64,000 nt of DNA from an uncultured Roseivirgaceae bacterium (GTDB lineage Bacteria > Bacteroidota > Bacteroidia > Cytophagales > Cyclobacteriaceae), in contig CAZKCO010000025.1 in NCBI GenBank assembly GCA_964551335.1, positions 12,134-76,133 of the forward strand, in the 5' to 3' direction. Positions 57,146 to 64,000 of the stretch are shown one piece after another. The position numbers and the translations under genes were made by a program. The notes below the pieces were generated by a model that saw nothing but the letters and a program-made list of their open reading frames with translations, was not told where the DNA came from and made no database searches. Each line of letters starts with the position of its first letter. The first letter of the stretch is position 1.

Positions 57146-60100
57146 CTACCGGATAATTACCTTACCACTCATTGTTTCTTCTTGATTGCGTTGTACTCGG
57201 TAGATATAAAGTCCGTTTGGAACCAGTTGGCCCTGAAGATCGGCACCACTCCATCGCAGGGTATGATAGCCTGAAGTCAGATTTTCGCTTACTATCGCTA
57301 CCCTTTGGCCTGTAGTATTATAAATACTAACTGATACACTCGCTGAAGTTTCTCCACGGGGCACCGAAACTGGAATAAATAGCTGACCGGAGCTGGGGTT
57401 GGGAAAAGGGTTTCCTACCAGAAACTGGTCAGGTTGCATAGCCTCTCGTATGTCGCTGTAGGTACCATAATACAACCGGAATTTTCTCTTTCCGGTAGCA
57501 GCATTGAACTGGTAGCTGCTGTTTTCCCGCAGGTTAATCTGGGCTAAAGTCTCCAAATCAAGAAGTACGAGCTGATAGTCGTTCTCCCCAAACGAACGAT
57601 TATCCCAGTTGATGGTAACGTTAGACGCTTCAGGAGATGCTACCTCAAAATCCCATACGTAGGACAGCTGGGTAGGAACAATGTCCTGAGTTAGGCCGGC
57701 AACTGCTAACTCGGGATGGGGAAAATTCAGCTCCAGTGAGTTATAGAAGCGGGGTGGAGTCAGATTATCGAACCGATCACCGGATACTTGAGCACCGGGA
57801 TGCATACCTACTCCACCCAGTTGGTACGACTGGTTTTCTGATTCAAGATTCAGAGGTAAGTACCAGGAGTCACTATCCAGAGCAGTATCAAATTGGTTTT
57901 TGGTATCGGTAGAACCAATCCGAGCGTTCGTATTCACCGGAATTTGCAGGGTAACCGCCCCACTAATCCCCAAAGCCTCCACAAAGCCTCCCTCAAATTT
58001 AGCCAAACTAGTTTCACCGGTAACCCAGCCCCTACCTTTTTTCCATTTTAACAGCGTAGCATCTACCTCACCGGAGCCAATCACTCCTAAACTCTCATTA
58101 TGCGCAATAATATCACTCCAATCAATATCAAATAAGTACGGATTACCGATCAGGTTAAAACCAGGCTGCAGGGTGATCGGTATGGAGTTTTCGGTAAGAT
58201 TGACTGTCTTTCCATTGAGCTCTATCTGCTCCGAAAAATCCCGGTAAGCAAACATGTACCCTACTCCCGGATCAAAATTGTTGAACCCTGACTGAAATTC
58301 CTGATAGACCTGATTGGCCGCCGAATACCGGAACAATACCCATTTTCCTGAATTATCAGATTTATAAGTTTCTAACTCGTCGAATGCTTCACTCACCGAT
58401 TGGGGTTGCAGTGGTATTGAGATCATTTGATAGTCATTTTCCGTGGGATTCTCCGGATCGGATGCGGGTGAAACTCCGGTAAGAAATAGAGAAGAAAATG
58501 ATCGGTTGATTTGATTGCGGCCAGATTCAGTGCGGTTACCTGCCTTATCAAATGCTTCTACGTAAAACTCTAGTCCCACTTCCTGATCATCAAATATTGC
58601 GTTCAGCTCGGACAACGGCACGGTCACTTGGTAGATATCATTACTCTGCAATTCCAGCGTCAGAGAATTAAAATCATTCTCACGAAACCCTCTATAAAAT
58701 AACTTCACTGATTGCTCATCAACCCCAGAACCACCTTCATTATCAGTGACTACCGCGGCTAGGACAACCTCATTACCCACTTCATATTCCTGAATAAAGG
58801 AGTTAATAGAAATTGTCGGTGGCTCTGAATCCACTACATTAACTACTCTAAAGGTACCTACCTCCACCGGGGTTCCCCCAATTACAATACTAATTGGATA
58901 AGATTGATCAACTGGTAGACCATCGGGCACGGTGAAAGTAATCTGAGTAGCATTCTGTGAATCAGGTGTTATTGAAACGCCATTGAACTGTAATCCAACA
59001 TCGTTTAGAAACCTTCCTGTGAGAGTAACTTTCGTTTCAGTCTTTCCTTCTTCCGGACTGATATTATCTACGGTAGGCACCGGATCATCAACGATCTGTA
59101 TTTGTGTTTCATACTCTATCGCTTCCCCTCCTTCAGGCGTAACGGTCAGTGTATATTCTCCGGGATCCAGTGGTGGTACCATAATTCGGATTAAGGTTCC
59201 TTCAGCGTTGACACTCTCAATAGAAACAACAGTCTCTCCGAGACTCACCGCTGGATTAGCCCCAAATCCCCCACCCTCGATAACTATCTCGATTCCGACC
59301 GTCACATTCTGTACGGGATTGACTTGACTAATAAAAGGCCCAGGGGCTTCAATAATGTCAATCTTGGTTCCGAAGACAATGGGTTCCTCACCCTCAGGAG
59401 TGACGGTGACCGTATATTCGGCCGGGTCTAGTTCAGGGACGATGATACGTATCTCGGTCCCCGCTTCGTTAACACTTTCAACGGCAACCGTAGTCTCCTC
59501 CAGACTTACGGCAGGATTTGAACCAAACCCGCCTCCTTCTATAAGAATTTCTGTTCCAACAGTAACATCTTCCACCGGACTAACCCGGCTAATGAAAGGG
59601 TCCGGTGGTTCTTGTCCTACTAGGAAATTGTCAAATTGAGCGAGATTACCATTGGGTAGCCTTACTTGAACATTTAGAAATCCATCAGCAACTTCAGGAA
59701 TTACCACTTCAAGCTGCGTTCCTTTAGAAAACACACCAGTGACTACGGCTTCGGTATCACCGAAAAATACCTGGGCAGTTCCAATGATAGACCCAAAATT
59801 ACCACCATAAATCTGGATAATATTTCCCGGGTCCCCTTGCGTAGTATCCAGTCCACTAATGAGAGGGCTTGGAGAACTCTGAATAATGTTGGTCAGGGAA
59901 AATACCAGATTGGTTTCTTCAATCTCAAATTCTTCGTCTTCTGCGTATGCGACTATCAAATCTTGATCACCATCGTTATCTATGTCATCGGATTGAATGG
60001 TATTGGGCTGTCCTTTGGTTACTGTAACCAATGTTTCTTTGGTAAAACTGAAACTTCCGTCGTTTTTAAACCAATCAACTCGTCCATCTTGCAAGAGAGG

Positions 60101-62464
60101 ACCATCGTTTTCTGATCCAACGAGGATATCCATATCTCCATCACCATCAAGATCGGTAGCATCTACCGAAAAGGGCTGGGCAGTTTGGCCAATATTCTGA
60201 GGGGTATTAAAGTTACCGTCGCCCAAATTCTCGATCAACGTAATATTACCGTTTTCGTTAGAAATGACAACAATGTCAAGGTCGCGGTCTCCGTCAAAAT
60301 CAGCTAAAGCCGCCCCACGGGGGCTATCCACCTGACTTTCGTTAGCGATAACAACCGGATTGGCAAAGTTGCCACTCCCTAAATTACGGTAAAACAGAAC
60401 CTGGTCTTCATCAGAACCTCCATCTAAAGCGTCTTTATCACGTAGCACTACTACCAAATCAGGCAGATCATCGTCATTCAAATTACCAACCTCCACTGCC
60501 CGGGGACGCCCGTCAGTTTCATCTATTTCAATATCATTGGGAAATTTTCCTCCCTGATTTTTAAAGAAGATGATATTTTGATTGAAAAAATTAGTAAGTA
60601 CAATATCGGCATTACCATCACTGTCTAGATCACCAGCATATACATCACTGCTTCCGGCATATTCATCGGTAATGTCAATTGGAGATGAAAAATTACCGTT
60701 ACCCTGGTTGCGATACCAAACTAGTTCGCTTCCTTCGTTTGGATCATCAGTCAAGACAATATCAGGACCATTAGAATTGTCTAGATCAGCGATAGCAATT
60801 GCCCTTGGGTCTTCCAAATCATTTTCCAAAGAGGTTCCACTCGAGAAAGTACCATCATTATTTTGGTAGATTTTGATGGCACTACCGTCTTTAAAAGCCA
60901 CAGCCAAATCCAAATCTCCATCTGCGTCAAAATCAGCGGTACCCACATCACGACCGCCTTGAGTAACTGATTCTACCTTTTGAGAAGTGAATTTATCATT
61001 GATGACGATCTCAATAGTCTCATCAGACACCTCCGAGAACTGGACCAGATTACTATTTTTTGAATTTTGATCGCCATTATCTCGATCCCAGTCTCGAAAA
61101 CCGGCAACATATACCTGCCCTGAGGAGGTAGCATTTACTGCAAGTCCGTAATCCAGATTGTTGCTCCCAAATCGTTTCACGAAGGAAGGCTCACTAATGT
61201 CTAGTGGGAAAACTGCAAGAAACTCGTCGGCATTGTTATTATTAGTTACTGCGTCGAAGAAGCGATCATCCCCCACATCTTTAGAAAGGCTAGTTATTCT
61301 TCCGGTTACGTACACCTGTCCATCCTGAATCACAACATCAAAACCCTGTTCAAAGCTGTCGTCATCTGTTCCACCCACTTGATACACATCCTCGAAACTA
61401 CCAGTTAGTGAATATTTCGCTAAAAAGAAATCATAATCTGATTCAGCAGACCTACTACCTCCACTGCCACCAGGGTTAAAATTTACGCTTCTTCGGAAAT
61501 CGCCGGTAATGAAGAAAGAGTTGCTACCAATAACCAGGCTGCGCGACCGGTCATCCTCCTGAGCTCCAAAAGAGAACGCGAAGTCAAAATCTCCGTCACT
61601 TACATTATATTTAGCGGCAAATGCATCCCGACTTCCATTACTAGACTCTGATCCTGCTCCTGGAAATGTCAGGGTTCCAGAAAACTCACCCGTAATAAAA
61701 ACGTTCCCTTGAGCATCGGTATCTATCCCCTGAGAACGCACATCGCCGTTGCCCGTAGCTACCTCTGCTTCGATAAGATTATTCAGGTTTTTATCAAAAA
61801 CAAAAATAAACAGTCCATCTTCCGGAGCGATAGCATCAAATGGGGAAACCGGGGGATTAAAGCTACCCGAAAAAAGTTCTACTGAATTTTCATAGTAGCC
61901 AGTGATATACACATTGCCATTACTATGTACCGCAATCCCCTGCCCCCGCTCATTATCAGCTGAAGAAGACTGGATTCTTTTCTGAAAGGTTAAGTCGGAT
62001 GCGGTGAGCATAGCCAGGTAAATATCCACGTCATCACCGTCTTCGCCTCGACCATGACCGATTATATATACTAAAGATTCGTCGGCACTTAAGGCAATGT
62101 CCTGGGCCTGATCGTTGAACCCTTTGTAATCCAGTTGCTCGGTAGCCAAAAGTTCGCCGGAAGGGCTGTATTTGGCAACATAGATATCGGTATTAATATC
62201 ATCTGGAGCTGAATTGGCGTCTACGGCTGTGAGTAAACCGGCGTTTGATCCTTCGGGGTCCAGGTTAATAGTTCCACTGAACCAGCCTACAATGTATATA
62301 TTTCCTTCACTGTCGGTAACTACTCCCGTAGCCTCGTCTTCGCGATTACCACCCTGATTGGTAAATATCCACTCATCGGTAATTTCCAGGTCCTGACTGT
62401 ACCCTGTTAGCGGCCAAAGGCCGACTAACATAAACATACTCAGAGCAAGGTTATGTATTTTCAT
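57146..62464 (-). CDS. Large T9SS-secreted protein: beta-propeller repeats, FG-GAP/VCBS repeats, IPT/TIG domains, C-terminal T9SS/FlgD-Ig domain
   Basis: Signal peptide; repeated DxDxDGDxD motifs; four IPT/TIG-like units; FPNPSS...IYNTTGQ...W.G.D....V.NGLYIY CTD. Confidence 0.88.
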   Translation of the reverse strand: MKIHNLALSMFMLVGLWPLTGYSQDLEITDEWIFTNQGGNREDEATGVVTDSEGNIYIVGWFSGTINLDPEGSNAGLLTAVDANSAPDDINTDIYVAKYSPSGELLATEQLDYKGFNDQAQDIALSADESLVYIIGHGRGEDGDDVDIYLAMLTASDLTFQKRIQSSSADNERGQGIAVHSNGNVYITGYYENSVELFSGSFNPPVSPFDAIAPEDGLFIFVFDKNLNNLIEAEVATGNGDVRSQGIDTDAQGNVFITGEFSGTLTFPGAGSESSNGSRDAFAAKYNVSDGDFDFAFSFGAQEDDRSRSLVIGSNSFFITGDFRRSVNFNPGGSGGSRSAESDYDFFLAKYSLTGSFEDVYQVGGTDDDSFEQGFDVVIQDGQVYVTGRITSLSKDVGDDRFFDAVTNNNNADEFLAVFPLDISEPSFVKRFGSNNLDYGLAVNATSSGQVYVAGFRDWDRDNGDQNSKNSNLVQFSEVSDETIEIVINDKFTSQKVESVTQGGRDVGTADFDADGDLDLAVAFKDGSAIKIYQNNDGTFSSGTSLENDLEDPRAIAIADLDNSNGPDIVLTDDPNEGSELVWYRNQGNGNFSSPIDITDEYAGSSDVYAGDLDSDGNADIVLTNFFNQNIIFFKNQGGKFPNDIEIDETDGRPRAVEVGNLNDDDLPDLVVVLRDKDALDGGSDEDQVLFYRNLGSGNFANPVVIANESQVDSPRGAALADFDGDRDLDIVVISNENGNITLIENLGDGNFNTPQNIGQTAQPFSVDATDLDGDGDMDILVGSENDGPLLQDGRVDWFKNDGSFSFTKETLVTVTKGQPNTIQSDDIDNDGDQDLIVAYAEDEEFEIEETNLVFSLTNIIQSSPSPLISGLDTTQGDPGNIIQIYGGNFGSIIGTAQVFFGDTEAVVTGVFSKGTQLEVVIPEVADGFLNVQVRLPNGNLAQFDNFLVGQEPPDPFISRVSPVEDVTVGTEILIEGGGFGSNPAVSLEETTVAVESVNEAGTEIRIIVPELDPAEYTVTVTPEGEEPIVFGTKIDIIEAPGPFISQVNPVQNVTVGIEIVIEGGGFGANPAVSLGETVVSIESVNAEGTLIRIMVPPLDPGEYTLTVTPEGGEAIEYETQIQIVDDPVPTVDNISPEEGKTETKVTLTGRFLNDVGLQFNGVSITPDSQNATQITFTVPDGLPVDQSYPISIVIGGTPVEVGTFRVVNVVDSEPPTISINSFIQEYEVGNEVVLAAVVTDNEGGSGVDEQSVKLFYRGFRENDFNSLTLELQSNDIYQVTVPLSELNAIFDDQEVGLEFYVEAFDKAGNRTESGRNQINRSFSSLFLTGVSPASDPENPTENDYQMISIPLQPQSVSEAFDELETYKSDNSGKWVLFRYSAANQVYQEFQSGFNNFDPGVGYMFAYRDFSEQIELNGKTVNLTENSIPITLQPGFNLIGNPYLFDIDWSDIIAHNESLGVIGSGEVDATLLKWKKGRGWVTGETSLAKFEGGFVEALGISGAVTLQIPVNTNARIGSTDTKNQFDTALDSDSWYLPLNLESENQSYQLGGVGMHPGAQVSGDRFDNLTPPRFYNSLELNFPHPELAVAGLTQDIVPTQLSYVWDFEVASPEASNVTINWDNRSFGENDYQLVLLDLETLAQINLRENSSYQFNAATGKRKFRLYYGTYSDIREAMQPDQFLVGNPFPNPSSGQLFIPVSVPRGETSASVSVSIYNTTGQRVAIVSENLTSGYHTLRWSGADLQGQLVPNGLYIYRVQRNQEETMSGKVIIR
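59081..59602 (-). repeat. Two tandem, highly similar ~87-aa IPT/TIG units inside the T9SS protein
   Basis: PFIS.V.PV..VTVG.EI.IEGGGFG.NPAVSL.ET.V..ESVN..GT.IRI.VP.LDP.EYT.TVTPEG occurs twice. Confidence 0.85.
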
Positions 62465-62491
62465 AATTGGTCTCTTTTCGTGATTTATCTA

Positions 62492-63823
62492 TCAGTTGGC
62501 TAGGCTTGGGTTAGGCGGGTCTACGAATGGATTACTTCCGTTTGGAGGTGGGGGTGGCCTTAATAAGAAATATAGAACTGCTCCTACTCCAACTGAGGCT
62601 CCTACGTAGATGCCTACCGGAGTTTTCTTTTTAATACTGAACTTCCCACTTTTTACTCCGCTCTCAGCCCCCGGCTTGGCTAGCAGGAACTGATAATCAT
62701 TTCCTTTTGCTATCGTTTTAGGTACTTCCCAGGTGTAGGTAGAATTAAGTAGGTTTCCCTGTAGGGTACTCACAAACCGGTCTTCTTGGAAAAGTTGTAA
62801 CAGCAAGGGCTCAGGGCTAGAACCTTCCCACCGGATGGTATACTCTTTTCCCTGCTTGTATGAATCATTTATATCAGCAAAGCTAACCTGAGGAATAGCT
62901 CTAGCCCGCTCCAGAGCTCGCTGCTCCTCCAGAATTTGCTCTTGCAACTGAACTATTCTAGATTCAGTCTCTTGATCAACAAAGTCCGGATTGGTTTCTT
63001 CGCCTAGCGCAAGACTTTGCTGGTAGTAACTAATAGCCGAATCCAATTCGCTCTGTCCTTGAAAATATTCGCCTAGTAAGCGGGCATTGTAAGCATCCTG
63101 ATTAAAAGCAAATGATGAGTCCAACAATACTTTTGCCTCAGCCAATGCTCCTGATTGTATTAGGGTATCAGCCCGTTCAGCCAGGATACGCCACTGAGGA
63201 ACTGTTGCCTCCCGAATCGAAGGGCCCTCAGCAAGATTATCTTCTCCTTCCAGATTGAATTTAACGTAACTGATCAGTGCTTCCCAACTTCCTGACCTCC
63301 GGACCAATTTCATCGTGGCTCGACGCGGCTGCGGTATCTGGTTCCCATACTGACTTTCAAAGTCAAGAATGATATAGTAGTTATTCCCATCAAATTCAAT
63401 ATCATGTATACGACGAAGTGAATAATAAATATCCAACCTTTCCTGACTGTCATTACCTTGGTAGAAAGCGTTGAAATCGTTTAGATAAGTGCGCACTGGT
63501 CGCTCCTTCATCATCAGGGGTGGCAAATGATCTTGCTCGTAGTCGTACACGATGTAGGAAGAGTCTACGAAGATTTGCCGGTTTCCGGGAGTAACGAACT
63601 CGTTAATCATTCGCTCGCGGTAGGCTTTAGAGATTCGGGGGTTTATAAGCTCACGCATAGCCGAAGCGTAATCCTGAAGGGTACGCTCGGCGCTGGTTGT
63701 CATATCAACAATATCGTCATCAGAAAGCGTGTCCAGCGCCTCCTGCGCCCTGGACTGACTAGCGAGCAGGGTTATGGCTATTGTTAATAATCCGGCAAAT
63801 AGTATTTTGGTCATAATGTTCAT
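62492..63823 (-). CDS. Exported protein with TPR-like segment, small Ig-like domain and C-terminal membrane anchor
   Basis: Signal peptide ending SRA; helical TPR-like middle; Y.IRWEG...YTWEVP Ig-like domain; KKK-TM-PPPPP tail. Confidence 0.7.
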   Translation of the reverse strand: MNIMTKILFAGLLTIAITLLASQSRAQEALDTLSDDDIVDMTTSAERTLQDYASAMRELINPRISKAYRERMINEFVTPGNRQIFVDSSYIVYDYEQDHLPPLMMKERPVRTYLNDFNAFYQGNDSQERLDIYYSLRRIHDIEFDGNNYYIILDFESQYGNQIPQPRRATMKLVRRSGSWEALISYVKFNLEGEDNLAEGPSIREATVPQWRILAERADTLIQSGALAEAKVLLDSSFAFNQDAYNARLLGEYFQGQSELDSAISYYQQSLALGEETNPDFVDQETESRIVQLQEQILEEQRALERARAIPQVSFADINDSYKQGKEYTIRWEGSSPEPLLLQLFQEDRFVSTLQGNLLNSTYTWEVPKTIAKGNDYQFLLAKPGAESGVKSGKFSIKKKTPVGIYVGASVGVGAVLYFLLRPPPPPNGSNPFVDPPNPSLAN

Positions 63824-63825
63824 GG

Positions 63826-63999
63826 TTAGGGAAGATGTAGCACTTGCCGTCGATACTGATTCTTTTCTTCTTCGGAGACTGCAAGCAAGGAGTTAATTAA
63901 CCAACCCGAGTTGGTGGATTGCCGATGAAAATCCTGTACCTGAAAGATCCAGCCATCAATCTGAAGAAAATGATAAGTAATATGATTAACCTGCTTGAA
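63826..63999 (-). CDS. C-terminal end of a hypothetical protein entering from beyond the window
   Basis: Open frame FKQVNH...VLHLP* ending 2 bp before the next ATG on the same strand. Confidence 0.6.
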   Translation of the reverse strand, partial: FKQVNHITYHFLQIDGWIFQVQDFHRQSTNSGWLINSLLAVSEEEKNQYRRQVLHLP

Positions 64000-64000
64000 T

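Noticed and set aside
58983-59639. Two similar + strand ORFs (114 and 94 aa) that look like a duplicated gene
   Set aside because: They are antisense shadows of the tandem IPT/TIG repeats in the T9SS protein.
1-64000. CRISPR array, tRNA/rRNA, IS elements, prophage or integrase
   Set aside because: No regularly spaced repeats, cloverleaf/rRNA signatures, transposase, integrase or phage structural motifs were seen.

Overview
64 kb of ordinary chromosomal DNA from a Bacteroidota bacterium, most likely a marine Cytophagales (T9SS C-terminal domain protein, TAnnTTTG -7 promoter motifs, membrane-GAF-coiled-coil family, sulfatase lipoprotein). Housekeeping genes dominate: padR/pspC, msbA-gmhA, comM, nadC, recQ, pyc, hemA, pyrR-pyrB, M16/M20 peptidases. 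I saw no tRNA, rRNA, CRISPR array or transposase. Four regions stand out. (1) 32.2-44.8 kb: a single-module, fully reducing type I PKS (KS-AT-DH-ER-KR-ACP-TE) with its own PPTase. It is co-oriented with two paralogous ~6-TM sensor-type proteins, one stand-alone and one fused to GAF plus coiled coil. A MATE exporter and operator-like palindromes lie upstream. This is my best candidate for an undescribed lipid-signal synthase/receptor system. (2) 49.5-55.5 kb: a tight three-gene operon encoding a PTP-type phosphatase lipoprotein, an HD-PycTM (Pycsar-effector-like) membrane protein with no cyclase, and an Omp85 barrel protein carrying a degenerate phosphoesterase plus a FAM20/PI4K-like kinase-fold domain. 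(3) 11.2-13.3 kb: a 4x11-bp Pho-box-like repeat in front of a catalytically degenerate purple-acid-phosphatase homologue, convergent with a PiT-like transporter. (4) 16.3-16.5 kb: a two-hairpin structured RNA resembling Bacteroidota 6S/Bacteroidales-1 RNA. All family calls come from motifs recognised by eye; no database search was run.
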